Below are positions 13,307 through 23,034 of a stretch of DNA of 64,000 nucleotides, piece by piece. How positions within the stretch are numbered: position 1 is the stretch's first letter; the number at the start of each line of letters is the position of its first letter. The position numbers were made by a program, and so were the translations under genes. The notes beneath the pieces are model-generated. The model was not told the origin of the DNA and did not search any database. It saw only the letters and a list, made by a program, of their open reading frames with translations. Source of the stretch: Alphaproteobacteria bacterium (GTDB lineage: Bacteria > Pseudomonadota > Alphaproteobacteria > Micavibrionales > UBA2020); assembly GCA_030682495.1 (NCBI GenBank), contig JAUXOC010000100.1, forward strand, positions 45-64,044. Reading direction: 5' to 3'.

Positions 13307-13613
13307 CGTTTTTCTCCGGCTTTGTTTCTGCGTCCGCCGCGCTCAAGCGGTGCGCCTTTTCTGCCTCGACCTGTTTATCCAGCTCGAATTGCAGGTTGTC
13401 GCCGCCAGCGCGGTTGGCGTCGCGAACGATCTCGTCCAGCTCCTGATCGCGCATAATACCATCAAGCGATTGTTGAATATCGCCTGTGAATTTTCTGATA
13501 TTTCTGAATATTTTGCCCGCTCCATAGAGGACGCGCGGCAGATCGGCGGGCCCGATGACCAACAGCGCCACGGCCAGAATGACCAGCATTTCTGTCCAGG
13601 CGATGCCGAACAA
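13293..13613 (-). CDS. tatB: twin-arginine translocase subunit TatB
   Basis: MFGIAWTEMLVILAVALLVIGPADLP hinge pattern; sits between tatA and tatC. Confidence 0.85.
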   Translation of the reverse strand: MFGIAWTEMLVILAVALLVIGPADLPRVLYGAGKIFRNIRKFTGDIQQSLDGIMRDQELDEIVRDANRAGGDNLQFELDKQVEAEKAHRLSAADAETKPEKNDAPG

Positions 13614-13618
13614 GGGGG

Positions 13619-13798
13619 TTACTCTTTTTTGTCGGGCGGCGGCAGCGTGTCTTTTTTATCGTCTTCGCCGCTGATACCGTCTTTGAAACTGCGCAGGCCT
13701 TTGCCGATGTCGCCCATGATCTGCGGAATTTTACCGCGGCCAAAGAAGACGAGCACCAAAAGCGCAATAACAACAATTTGCCAGAAACCTGGAAACAT
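13619..13798 (-). CDS. tatA: twin-arginine translocase subunit TatA (59 aa, below the ORF-track cutoff)
   Basis: Hand translation of the minus strand gives MFPGFWQIVVIALLVLVFFGRGKIPQIMGDIGKGLRSFKDGISGEDDKKDTLPPPDKKE. The ATG overlaps the scpB stop (TGATG). tatB starts 5 nt after its stop. Confidence 0.9.
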   Translation of the reverse strand: MFPGFWQIVVIALLVLVFFGRGKIPQIMGDIGKGLRSFKDGISGEDDKKDTLPPPDKKE

Positions 13799-14946
13799 CA
13801 GCGGCGCTCCCCGTCTTCGTCTTCAGCGTCTTCATCATCGCCGTCTTCGTCTTCGTCTTCGACTTCGCCATCATCATCATCGTCGTCGAAATCTTCGTCA
13901 TCATCCTCTTCGTCGGAGTCATCATCCCCGTTGTCAGATTCTTCGTCATCATCATCAGACGCATCGCTGTCTTCGTCGTCATCTGAATCTTCGTCATCGT
14001 CATCGTCGCCGTCTTCGTCATCCTCGTCGCCGCTGGCCACGGTTTCAATTTCCGTATCCGGAACCTCGTCGTTGGCGTCGGGCTTTCCGAGCAGGTCTTC
14101 GTCGGTGACTTCGTTCGGGTCGATGTCTTCTTTGGTTTCGCCGTCGCCAAACAGGTCGGCTGTCGGCATCGCTTCGATGGCCGGACGTTTGTCGAGCAAG
14201 CCGGCAGCTTTCAGCTCTTCCATCCCCGGCAGGTCTTCCAGCTTTTCAAGGCCGAAATGATCGAGGAAAGACTGTGTGGTCAGCCATGTGACGGGGCGAC
14301 CCGGCACTTCGCGGCGTTTGCCCGGCTTGATCCAGCCTGCTTCCATCAGCGCATCAAGCGCGCCGGGGCTGGTCGCCACGCCACGGATGTTTTCAATCTC
14401 GGCGCGGGTTACCGGCTGGTGATAGGCGATGATCGCCATGGTTTCCATCGCGGCGCGGGTGAATTTTTTAGGCTGTTCTTTTTCAAGGCGCAGATGATGG
14501 CCAAGGTCGGTCGCGGTGCGCAGTGCCCAGCGCTTTTCACGCTGCACCAGCATCACGCCGCGCGCGGCATAATGCTCTTTCAGCATTTCCAGCACATCGG
14601 GGATCAGCATGATGCGGTCTTCGGGGAAACGCTCGGCGATTTGCTGCACGGTCAGGGCGTGGGGCGCGGCGAACAAAATCGCCTCGACCAGACGCAGATC
14701 ATCTTGCGTGATGGCGGGCATTTCTTTTGGCTCTGCCTCTTCGCCCTCTTCCGCTTCAGCAGAAGTTTCTTCGGCCTCGACCGCCATGTCTTCGTCAAGA
14801 AGTGCTTCTTCGGACAGATCGGCTTCGAGGATTTCCGCCTCGATCTCCGTCACGTCTTCAGCCGCGGCCTGCAGCGCGATATCTTCCGGCAGGGCGTCCA
14901 GCGTTTCGTGGTTATCTTGTGCTTTTTTATGTTTTGCTTTGGCCAT
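13798..14946 (-). CDS. scpB: segregation and condensation protein B with acidic N- and C-terminal extensions
   Basis: Core LVEAILFAAPHALTVQQIAERF...winged-helix pattern. 382 aa; my recollection is that ScpB is usually much shorter. The last ~100 residues are almost all D/E (…DEDDEDGDDDDDEDSDDDEDSD…). Confidence 0.85.
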   Translation of the reverse strand: MAKAKHKKAQDNHETLDALPEDIALQAAAEDVTEIEAEILEADLSEEALLDEDMAVEAEETSAEAEEGEEAEPKEMPAITQDDLRLVEAILFAAPHALTVQQIAERFPEDRIMLIPDVLEMLKEHYAARGVMLVQREKRWALRTATDLGHHLRLEKEQPKKFTRAAMETMAIIAYHQPVTRAEIENIRGVATSPGALDALMEAGWIKPGKRREVPGRPVTWLTTQSFLDHFGLEKLEDLPGMEELKAAGLLDKRPAIEAMPTADLFGDGETKEDIDPNEVTDEDLLGKPDANDEVPDTEIETVASGDEDDEDGDDDDDEDSDDDEDSDASDDDDEESDNGDDDSDEEDDDEDFDDDDDDGEVEDEDEDGDDEDAEDEDGERR

Positions 14947-14951
14947 GTCGG

Positions 14952-16184
14952 TTATGCCTCTTGTTTATCTGTCTGATCTTCGGTGTCTTGCGGCACTTGC
15001 TGCTTTTTTGCTTCTGCGGCGGCGGCGGCTTCTTCGGCCAGCAGCAATTCCCATTCCTCTTCTTCGCTGAGAACGCGGGGTGCTTCGGCTTCGGCGGCTA
15101 TTTCAGCCGCAGTTTCGGGCGTTATTTCTTCTGCCGGTATTTCCTGCACGAAACTGCTGTCTGCCGCAGGCTGTGTTTCATCTTCATCGTCTTCAATATC
15201 TGCACCGGGCACAAAACGCAGGGCGGGTGCATTAACGGCATCGGCCAGCGCCTGTTCGGCGGCAAGGCGTTCGGCCTCTTTTGATTCTTCTTCGGCCTGC
15301 TGTTCTGCCAGATCGCGCTCGGCGAAGGCGATGTCTTCTGCGCTGATGCTGGGTTCTTCTTCAACCTGTACGGGCGGCGGCGTTTCTGCATCCGTCTCGC
15401 CGGGGCGGCGGATATAGATAGGGCCGTAATTTTTTTCCTGATGGATGCGCAAAAGCCCGCGCTTTGCCATTTCAAGCGCACCGCCAAAGGTAGAGGCCAC
15501 GGCAGAGCGATGGACGATTTTTTCTTTCGTGCCCGCAGGCAGGAACATAAACAGCGATACCCATTCTTCGGGAATTTTGCCGAGCATGCTTTCCATGCGC
15601 TCGATTGCGTCTTCGAGCGAGAAGAGCCTGACCGGGTTGAGCTTGTAAATCGCGTTCTGCTGACGCTGCTTAATATCGCCATAGGCGCGCAGCAGGTCAT
15701 AGAACGTCATGTCGTAACGTGCGACGTAATCGGTTTTGAGGCCTTCCGGCTCCCCGCGCGCAAAGACGTTATAGCCAAGGCGCGGCAGGTGGAACAAATC
15801 ATTGGCGACCTTGCGCATGGCTTCCAGACGGCGCAGCTGGAATTGCAGCGCTTCGGCCAGATCATGCGCCGAAGGTTCGGCCAGTTTCTTTTCTTCCTGC
15901 GGGATCAAAAGGCGAGATTTGAGGTAGGCCAGCCACGCTGCCATGACAAGGTAATCGGCAGCCAGCTCAAGCCGCAGCTCGCGCGCCTTTTCAATGAAAT
16001 CGATATATTGGTTGGCAAGGGCGAGAATGGAAATACGCGCAAGATCAACCTTCTGGTCGCGCGCAAGGGAAAGCAACATATCAATCGGCCCGTCGAAATC
16101 ACCGAGATAGAGCATCAGCTGCTCGCTCTCGCTGCGATTATTCAAAAGGTCGTCTTCAAACTTGGGTGCTTCCGCTTCACTCAT
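14952..16184 (-). CDS. scpA: segregation and condensation protein A (kleisin) with an acidic/Ala-rich C-terminal extension
   Basis: LMLYLGDFDGPIDMLLSLARDQKVDLARISILALANQY core; about 150 extra C-terminal residues rich in E/A/D. Confidence 0.88.
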   Translation of the reverse strand: MSEAEAPKFEDDLLNNRSESEQLMLYLGDFDGPIDMLLSLARDQKVDLARISILALANQYIDFIEKARELRLELAADYLVMAAWLAYLKSRLLIPQEEKKLAEPSAHDLAEALQFQLRRLEAMRKVANDLFHLPRLGYNVFARGEPEGLKTDYVARYDMTFYDLLRAYGDIKQRQQNAIYKLNPVRLFSLEDAIERMESMLGKIPEEWVSLFMFLPAGTKEKIVHRSAVASTFGGALEMAKRGLLRIHQEKNYGPIYIRRPGETDAETPPPVQVEEEPSISAEDIAFAERDLAEQQAEEESKEAERLAAEQALADAVNAPALRFVPGADIEDDEDETQPAADSSFVQEIPAEEITPETAAEIAAEAEAPRVLSEEEEWELLLAEEAAAAAEAKKQQVPQDTEDQTDKQEA

Positions 16185-16189
16185 ATTCG

Positions 16190-17257
16190 TCAGCCGGTCT
16201 TTCGTTGTTGCAAAAGCTCTGCGAGCTTTTGGTGGAGGGCATCGCGCCCGCCGTTGTCGTTATCCGAAGCGTCAAACGCCGTCCGCTGCCGCTCCGCCTC
16301 TGCCAATCGCGCCGCCGCGCTGGCCGATACTTTTGGCGCCGATTGCAGCGCCAGAACGCGCTCTTCGAACGAGGCATTGCAGATCATGGTCACATCCATG
16401 CCCGCCGCCATCGTCCGCGCCACGCGGTCTTCGATGGTACCGCCAAGCGCCTTCATCGAAATATCGTCGGCGATCAGCACCCCGTCAAAGCCCATATTCC
16501 CGCGGATCACGTCACGGGTGACGCGGGCGGAGACGGTTGCGGCAGAATCAGGATCCAGCTGCGAGTATACAACATGCGCCGCCATCGCCCAAAGCGCCGT
16601 TTTCATATTGGTTTGGGCCAAATATTTGAAGGGTTTGAAGTCCGTTGTTGAGAGGATTTCTGCCGTGGCATCCACCACCGGCAGGGCGAAATGGCTGTCA
16701 ACTTTGGCGCGGCCATGGCCGGGGATATGCTTCATGACCGGCGTCACCTGCCCTGCCAAAAGCCCGCGGCAGACGGCTTCGCCCAGCTTGCCGACCATAT
16801 CGGGGCTATCGCTGAAGGTGCGGCTGCCGGAGAGGAATTCATGACAATCCGGCGCAGGCACATCCACAACAGGCGCGCAATTGACCGTGATGCCCATATC
16901 GGCAAGGTCAAGCGCCATCAGATAGGCGCTCATGCGCGTGGCTTCAATCCCCTGCTCCGCCGCGTCCGAGGCCAATTCGCCAAAAATTTTTGCAGCAGGA
17001 TATTCGCGGAATTCAGGGGCGCGTAATCTTGCGACCGTGCCGCCTTCCTGATCGATCAGCACGGGCAGGTCGGGACAGCCCACGGCTTCGCGCGCCGCAG
17101 CGACCAGATCAGTCACTTGCTGTTTGGATACGCAGTTGCGTTTAAACAGGATAAAACCTGCGGGTTTTTCAGCGGCAAAAAGATCCCGCTCTTCCGCGCT
17201 CAGCTCTGTCCCTGCTGCATCGACGATAATCGCCTTGAGATTTGTCCAGTCCGTCAT
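16190..17257 (-). CDS. nagZ: beta-N-acetylhexosaminidase (GH3, NagZ)
   Basis: LIDQEGGTVARL, KHIPGHGRA, VLIADDISM motifs. Confidence 0.9.
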   Translation of the reverse strand: MTDWTNLKAIIVDAAGTELSAEERDLFAAEKPAGFILFKRNCVSKQQVTDLVAAAREAVGCPDLPVLIDQEGGTVARLRAPEFREYPAAKIFGELASDAAEQGIEATRMSAYLMALDLADMGITVNCAPVVDVPAPDCHEFLSGSRTFSDSPDMVGKLGEAVCRGLLAGQVTPVMKHIPGHGRAKVDSHFALPVVDATAEILSTTDFKPFKYLAQTNMKTALWAMAAHVVYSQLDPDSAATVSARVTRDVIRGNMGFDGVLIADDISMKALGGTIEDRVARTMAAGMDVTMICNASFEERVLALQSAPKVSASAAARLAEAERQRTAFDASDNDNGGRDALHQKLAELLQQRKTG

Positions 17258-17261
17258 GTCC

Positions 17262-18104
17262 TTACCTCACCACCATGCAGCCGCCGGGATTGGCGGATTT
17301 AAGAACGTCGCAGATTTCTTTCGCGCGCGTTTCGCTGACTTTGCCGGCCTGCAAGCGGTTGAAGACGCCTCTGTCGCCCAGATCCACACGCTGCGTGCGC
17401 ATATCAAGACCCTTGAGCAAATCGGGGTGTTTTTGTTGCAGTTTTTTCCAATCCGTCGCCGCGCCTTCGGTATTGCGGTAGGAACCGAGCTGGATATAGA
17501 CAACGCCGCCGGATGCCGTCGTCGCAGGGGCGCTGGCTTGCACGGCAGGCTTCGCGGGCTCCGCTGGCGGCTGTTTTTTGGCATCCGTATCGGCAGCGGC
17601 TGTCTTGGCTGCGGGTTTTTGCACCGGCTTGATCGTTTCGGTACTTGCCGCCGCGGGGGCAGCCGTAATGACTTTTTCGGTTTCGATGCCGATTTTTTTC
17701 ATTTGCGCTGTGGCAGGTGCCGTTTTTGTATCGCCGGTTTTCAGCGCGGTGTCTTTGTCCACCGGCTCTTCGGTGCCGGGCAGCAGGCGTTCAACGCGTT
17801 TGCTATCTTTTTTGTCGAGCGGATCAAAGACCGTGCTGTCCTGATGCGGCACTTTCATACCACCCGGATCATCGGGCGCGAATTTATAAGCTGTTTTTTC
17901 GGCCAGCACCACGGGCAGATCGGTCGCCTCCTGCGCTTCCTGCGCTGTCGGATAGGCATACCAGACGATGGCCGCGAAGGCGATCAGCGCAATAACGCTC
18001 AAACCGCCCTTGGGCAGCACGCGTTCCGGCGCGGGCGGCGGACGGCGGCCGACATAGAAAGAACCGATATTTTCGTCTTGCGGTTTTTGATCTTCGTTCA
18101 TCAT
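17262..18104 (-). CDS. SPOR domain-containing membrane protein
   Basis: N-terminal TM ([19 protein letters not shown]), a low-complexity linker and a C-terminal SPOR-like domain ([21 protein letters not shown]...FNRLQAG). 4-nt overlap with argS. Confidence 0.85.
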   Translation of the reverse strand: MMNEDQKPQDENIGSFYVGRRPPPAPERVLPKGGLSVIALIAFAAIVWYAYPTAQEAQEATDLPVVLAEKTAYKFAPDDPGGMKVPHQDSTVFDPLDKKDSKRVERLLPGTEEPVDKDTALKTGDTKTAPATAQMKKIGIETEKVITAAPAAASTETIKPVQKPAAKTAAADTDAKKQPPAEPAKPAVQASAPATTASGGVVYIQLGSYRNTEGAATDWKKLQQKHPDLLKGLDMRTQRVDLGDRGVFNRLQAGKVSETRAKEICDVLKSANPGGCMVVR

Positions 18105-19858
18105 CCGTGCAACTCCTCGAGAGGTGTGACGCCCATAACGGCAAGGCCGGAGGCCAGCACCGTCGCCACCGAGCGCACCAGCGCAAGGCGGGAGAAGCTC
18201 AGCCCGCGGTCATTTTCATGCAGGAAACGCAGCGTGTTGTCATCGCGCCCCTTGTTCCAGAAAGCATGGAATTCCGCCGCCAGTTCCTGCAGGTAAAACG
18301 TGATGCGGTGCGGTTCTGCTGCTTCTGCCGCCTGTTCGACATGGCGTGGCCATGCGGCCATGAGACGCACCAGCTTTAGTTCATCTTCGCTGGCCAGCAG
18401 GTTGACATTGGCGGTACTGAGCGCCACGGCGTCGGTTTCGATGGTCGGGAACATTTCCTTGGCATTGCGCAAAACCGAATGGCAGCGTGCATGCGCGTAT
18501 TGCACATAGAATACCGGATTGTCTTTGGATTGTTCGACGACCTTGGCGAAGTCAAATTCGAGCGTCTGGTCGCTGCTGCGCGTGAGCATGATAAAGCGGA
18601 TGACATCCTTGCCCACCTTGTCGAGCATATCGCGCAGGGTGACAAAAGTACCCGCACGCTTGGACATACGCACCGGCTCCCCGTTATCAAACGTATGCAC
18701 AATCTGGCAGAGTTTCACATCCACATCGGCCTTGCCGCCGGAAACGGCCTTGACCGCCGCGCCGATACGTTTGACGTAGCCGCCATGATCGGCACCCAGA
18801 ATATCGATCAGATGCGTCGCGCCGCGGTTGAATTTGTCCCAGTGATAGGCGATATCGTTGGCGAAATATGTCCATGTACCATCTGATTTTTTCAGCGGGC
18901 GGTCAACATCGTCGCCAAATGCGGTGGCTTTGAACAGCGTCTGCGGGCGTTCTTCCCAATCATCGGGCGTTTTGCCCTTGGGTGGCTCCAGCACGCCGGT
19001 ATAAATCAAACCCTGGTCTTCCAGCACCTTAAAGGCTTTATCGACAGCACCCGCGTCAATCACCGCCTGTTCGGACGAAAACACATCGTGATGAATGCCC
19101 ATATCGGCAAGATCGGATTTGATCTCGGCCATCATCATCTCGAGCGCGGCGGCCTTGCAGACCGGATGCCATTCGCTTTCATCCTTGCCGAGCCATTTAT
19201 CGCCGTCGCGCTTGGCAATCGCCGCGCCGACGTCTTTCAGATATTCACCCGGATAAAAGCCGGAGGGAATCTCGCCGATCTGCTCGCCCAGCGCTTCGCG
19301 GTAGCGGAGGTAAACAGAACGGCCAAGGATGTTCACCTGATTGCCCGCATCGTTGATGTAATATTCGCGTGTCACGTCAAAGCCCGCTTTTTGCAGCAGC
19401 GATGCCATGGCGTCACCCACCACCGCGCCGCGCGCATGGCCGACCGTCAAAGGCCCTGTCGGGTTGGCCGAGACGAATTCGATGTTTACTTTTTTGTTCT
19501 GGCCGATGCCGCTGTTGCCGAAATGGATACCCGACGACAGCACGTTGCGGATGGTCACAAGCCATGCGCCCGCATCGAGACGAAAATTCACAAAGCCCGG
19601 CCCCGCGACAGTAACTTCGGTGACGCCTTCCAGCGTTTTGATTTTTTCGGCCAGCGCCTCGCCCAGCTGGCGCGGGTTTTTGCCCGCGATCTTGGACAGC
19701 ACCATCGCCGCATTGGTCGACATATCGCCGTGACTGGAATCGCGTGGCGGCTCCACCGTGACGCGCGTCAGGTCGATGCCTGCGGGCAAGTCGCCCGTTT
19801 GCGACATATGCGTCAGGATATCGACGATGTGGTTTCTGTATTCCTGAAAGATGTTCAT
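18101..19858 (-). CDS. argS: arginyl-tRNA synthetase
   Basis: 585 aa; [15 protein letters not shown] (HIGH-type), MSKRAGTFV (KMSK-type). Confidence 0.97.
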   Translation of the reverse strand: MNIFQEYRNHIVDILTHMSQTGDLPAGIDLTRVTVEPPRDSSHGDMSTNAAMVLSKIAGKNPRQLGEALAEKIKTLEGVTEVTVAGPGFVNFRLDAGAWLVTIRNVLSSGIHFGNSGIGQNKKVNIEFVSANPTGPLTVGHARGAVVGDAMASLLQKAGFDVTREYYINDAGNQVNILGRSVYLRYREALGEQIGEIPSGFYPGEYLKDVGAAIAKRDGDKWLGKDESEWHPVCKAAALEMMMAEIKSDLADMGIHHDVFSSEQAVIDAGAVDKAFKVLEDQGLIYTGVLEPPKGKTPDDWEERPQTLFKATAFGDDVDRPLKKSDGTWTYFANDIAYHWDKFNRGATHLIDILGADHGGYVKRIGAAVKAVSGGKADVDVKLCQIVHTFDNGEPVRMSKRAGTFVTLRDMLDKVGKDVIRFIMLTRSSDQTLEFDFAKVVEQSKDNPVFYVQYAHARCHSVLRNAKEMFPTIETDAVALSTANVNLLASEDELKLVRLMAAWPRHVEQAAEAAEPHRITFYLQELAAEFHAFWNKGRDDNTLRFLHENDRGLSFSRLALVRSVATVLASGLAVMGVTPLEELHG

Positions 19859-19871
19859 TTTCTTTTTTTTC

Positions 19872-21188
19872 TTATCTCATGATCTGGTAGGTATCGAAAA
19901 GATCTTTGTGTTCCAGCAGCGCCAGACGGTCGGTCATGCTGGCGATGTAATCGGCGACAGTGCGTGCGCGCCAGTCATCGGCTTTCCAGCCCTTGGGCGT
20001 TTGTTCGGCCTGCAACTGCCATTCGGGCGGCAGGCAGCGGCGATGTTCCATGAAGACGCCGAACAAATCCTGCACGCATTGAAACACCTTGCGGCGCACG
20101 CGGCTGACCTGATGATGGCGGTAGAAATGCGCCCAGAGGAAGTCACGCAGCTGGCGGTCTTTCTTACGCAGGTCTTCCGACATGGTGCAGGTCATATCTT
20201 TTGCATGACGCACATCGTCGGCGGTTTGAGGCTTCAGCGCCGCCAGACGTTTTTTGGTTTCATCCAGCACGCCGACCACATAAGTCCCCATCACATCGCG
20301 GATGGTTTCCTGTGTCAGGCGGTAAGTATCGATGTTCGGCCATGTCTTGCGTTTTTCATGCATGATCGCGGCGACCCATTCGACTTCTTCGAGGTCTTTC
20401 AGCGTAAACATGCCGCCCGACAAACCATCGTCGAGGTCGTGGCTGTTATAGGCGATGTCATCGGCGATACCGGCAATCTGCGCCTCCAGCGAGGCGTAGG
20501 TGTCGAGCTTGAGATCGATTTTATGGCGCAGTTCATCCAGCGTGACTTCGAAATGCTGTTTCTTCTGGCCTTTCTTGATGACGGGGCCGTTGTGCTTGAC
20601 GAGACCTTCGAGGGACTCCCACGACAAGTTCAACCCGTCGAAATCCGGATATTTTTTTTCCAGCTTGGTCACCACACGCAGCGTCTGGTCGTTATGATCG
20701 AAGCCGCCATAGGGCTTCATGCATTCGGCCAGCGCATCTTCGCCGACATGGGCAAAGGGCGTATGGCCAAGGTCATGCGCCAGCGCGGCGGTTTCGGCAA
20801 GGTCCTGATCGCATTTGAGCAAACGCGAGAGGGAACGCGCAACCTGTGCGACCTCGATGCTATGGCTGAGGCGGGTGCGGAAATGATCGCCTTCGTGGTA
20901 AACGAAAACCTGCGTCTTGAATTTCAGGCGGCGGAAAGCCTGCGAATGGATGATGCGGTCGCGGTCGCGTTCAAAATCGCCGCGAGTCTTGCTGGGCGCT
21001 TCGGCGTATTGGCGACCACGGCTTTGTTCGGGGCGGCTGGCGAAAACGGCAAGACCGTCGGCGGCCAGCATCTCGCTCAGCGGCTCGGCGCGTTTGACAG
21101 GCGCGGGTGCTGCGATCCGGACAGGCTTTACCGTTTTTGCAGACGGCTTCACCGGTTTCGCAGATTTCGTTTTGGCGCGTGTTGCCAT
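19872..21188 (-). CDS. dgt: dGTP triphosphohydrolase-like HD-domain protein
   Basis: [41 protein letters not shown]. Start set at ATG 21188, preceded by GGGAGGGG; the track start 21203 lies inside that RBS. Confidence 0.9.
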   Translation of the reverse strand: MATRAKTKSAKPVKPSAKTVKPVRIAAPAPVKRAEPLSEMLAADGLAVFASRPEQSRGRQYAEAPSKTRGDFERDRDRIIHSQAFRRLKFKTQVFVYHEGDHFRTRLSHSIEVAQVARSLSRLLKCDQDLAETAALAHDLGHTPFAHVGEDALAECMKPYGGFDHNDQTLRVVTKLEKKYPDFDGLNLSWESLEGLVKHNGPVIKKGQKKQHFEVTLDELRHKIDLKLDTYASLEAQIAGIADDIAYNSHDLDDGLSGGMFTLKDLEEVEWVAAIMHEKRKTWPNIDTYRLTQETIRDVMGTYVVGVLDETKKRLAALKPQTADDVRHAKDMTCTMSEDLRKKDRQLRDFLWAHFYRHHQVSRVRRKVFQCVQDLFGVFMEHRRCLPPEWQLQAEQTPKGWKADDWRARTVADYIASMTDRLALLEHKDLFDTYQIMR

Positions 21189-21292
21189 CGGCCCCTCCCG
21201 CATGCGGAATACTATTGATTTACAAGGCTTTTAAACCATATTTCGCTGCTGAATAAAAGAGTAATGTCGCCTACCTGCCGCCCGGCGCCCGC

Positions 21293-21544
21293 CTAGCTGC
21301 CCGAACGCTCTTTTTCTATAATAAAATCAATGAGTAAGGGCACACTTTCCCCTTCCTGATATTGAGCCAGCATATCCTGCGCCACTTCACGCGAGATGCG
21401 GCAGCAGTCCTCAAGTGTCTCTTCCTGTATAATCAGGCCGACCAGATCATCCGATGTCGCCAGCCATGCACTGTCCTCTTCCTTCCATTCGACGCGGATC
21501 GTTACCGTACGCTGCACTGCCTGAACCCCTTGATATTCTGCCAT
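21293..21544 (-). CDS. DUF1902 / HicB-like small protein (orphan)
   Basis: 83 aa; VTIRVEWKEEDSAWLATSDDLVGLIIQEETLEDC matches the DUF1902 pattern as I remember it. No HicA-size partner ORF on either side. Confidence 0.5.
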   Translation of the reverse strand: MAEYQGVQAVQRTVTIRVEWKEEDSAWLATSDDLVGLIIQEETLEDCCRISREVAQDMLAQYQEGESVPLLIDFIIEKERSGS

Positions 21545-21624
21545 TTGTACACATATTATAGGTTATTGTCCTTTTTCAGGCTAGAAAAGCAAGACGCGCA
21601 ACCTTGGGCCACCGGAGTACCGAT

Positions 21625-22017
21625 ATGACCGACACGCAAACGACACAGACCAGCCTCACCACCACCGCTTCGGCGGCTGCAAATGGCATGATCGTGCATC
21701 TGACCGACAGCGCGGCGGCGCGCCTGCTCGTCCTGCGGGAAAAGGAAGGCAACCCGAAACTGATGCTGCGCGTCACTGTTTTGGGCGGCGGCTGCTCCGG
21801 TTTTCAATACCAGCTTGATGTGACCGATACGGTCAATGCCGACGATGTGACGTTTGAAAAGAACGGCGCGGCTTTGGTGACCGACGATGTTTCCCTGCCC
21901 TTTATCAACGGCGCGGAAATTGATTTCGTTTCCGACATGATGAAATCCGCCTTCAAAATCCGCAACCCCAATGCAGCGGCAGGCTGCGGCTGCGGTAAAT
22001 CGTTCAGCACGAAATAA
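21625..22017 (+). CDS. erpA: iron-sulfur cluster insertion protein (HesB/IscA/ErpA family)
   Basis: GGGCSGFQY and C-terminal NPNAAAGCGCGKSF. Start at ATG 21625 (GGAG upstream). Divergent from dgt. Confidence 0.9.
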   Translation: MTDTQTTQTSLTTTASAAANGMIVHLTDSAAARLLVLREKEGNPKLMLRVTVLGGGCSGFQYQLDVTDTVNADDVTFEKNGAALVTDDVSLPFINGAEIDFVSDMMKSAFKIRNPNAAAGCGCGKSFSTK

Positions 22018-23032
22018 TCTTTACTTCTCCGTTTGATCCATCGACGGCAAGGCGCAGGCCTGCGCCTGCCGTGCTCATGCGCGTAAAAAATTCTTCACCC
22101 ACCCCCGTCACACACGGGATCCCCATATCCCGCGCAACGACGCAGGCATGCGACAGCACACCGCCCTGTGCAAAAACGAGCGCGCCGGCCTGTGGAAAAT
22201 AGACCGTGGTTTCCGGCCTTGCATAGCGAAACACATAAACGGGTTTATCCGCGCGCGGCGGGGGCGTATCGGCAAGGCGCGTGACAATCTCGGCCGCCGC
22301 CTCCACCCTGCCCGCGCAAACGGGCTGGCCTTTGAAAATATTCGTCTGCGCTACGGGCGCAGGCCCAGCGGGCGGTGCGGCAGGCGCTTGGTCGCCCCAG
22401 TAGAACGGTGGCGGCTTGCGTGGCTTATCGGCAGCCTGCGCATCGGCAAACAAACGATGCCACGCAGGCGACAGCGCGGTACGCCGCATTTGCAGCGCCT
22501 GAATCCACACAAATGTCTTGCGGTGCAACGCGGGCGCAGTATCGGGCGCAGCCAGATATTGCGGCAGGCGCGCCGCCGTTTTGGCATCCAGCCGCATCAA
22601 AAGCGTTTGCAGTGCAAGGCCGAGGGCAAGGCTTTCGGTGATATCATCCGCATCAGGCGCAGCGCGATCGGCCAGTCTTTCCTGTATAAATCTTGTGACG
22701 CGCCATTGCAGCGCCATCGCCTGCGGCAATTTCAAAATCGCGCGCGGCGCGGAAAAACGAAAACCCTGTGCCTTATCCGGCACGGCCACGACAATGCCGC
22801 CACTGGCGATATAACCAAGCGCGCTACCGTTCACATAGGGCACGCCGCCTTTCCATGCAATCATCTGCGTTTCCGCGGCGGGTGCAGGCATGCGCAAAAG
22901 CCCCATGGCGCGCCGCCACGGCGATGCTGTATCGGCAAGACTGAAAATATCTTCCAGCCGCCTTTGTGCGGGCAGGCCGAATTGCCGCTGCGAAATACTT
23001 TCTTCGGGAAAGGCCAACCAGAGCGTCTGCAT
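22004..23032 (-). CDS. protein with a C-terminal PEP-utilising-enzyme mobile (swivel phosphohistidine) domain
   Basis: C-terminus ALVFAQGGVLSHACVVARDMGIPCVTGV. N-terminal ~230 aa unrecognised. Start is ATG 23032 or GTG 23038, 2 nt after or overlapping the upstream stop. Confidence 0.6.
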   Translation of the reverse strand: MQTLWLAFPEESISQRQFGLPAQRRLEDIFSLADTASPWRRAMGLLRMPAPAAETQMIAWKGGVPYVNGSALGYIASGGIVVAVPDKAQGFRFSAPRAILKLPQAMALQWRVTRFIQERLADRAAPDADDITESLALGLALQTLLMRLDAKTAARLPQYLAAPDTAPALHRKTFVWIQALQMRRTALSPAWHRLFADAQAADKPRKPPPFYWGDQAPAAPPAGPAPVAQTNIFKGQPVCAGRVEAAAEIVTRLADTPPPRADKPVYVFRYARPETTVYFPQAGALVFAQGGVLSHACVVARDMGIPCVTGVGEEFFTRMSTAGAGLRLAVDGSNGEVKIISC

Positions 23033-23034
23033 CT

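Noticed and set aside
13800-14040. Triplet-periodic gtc/ttc/atc tract considered as a non-coding microsatellite
   Set aside because: It is the reverse complement of GAC/GAA/GAT codons encoding the acidic ScpB tail and is in frame with the conserved ScpB core.
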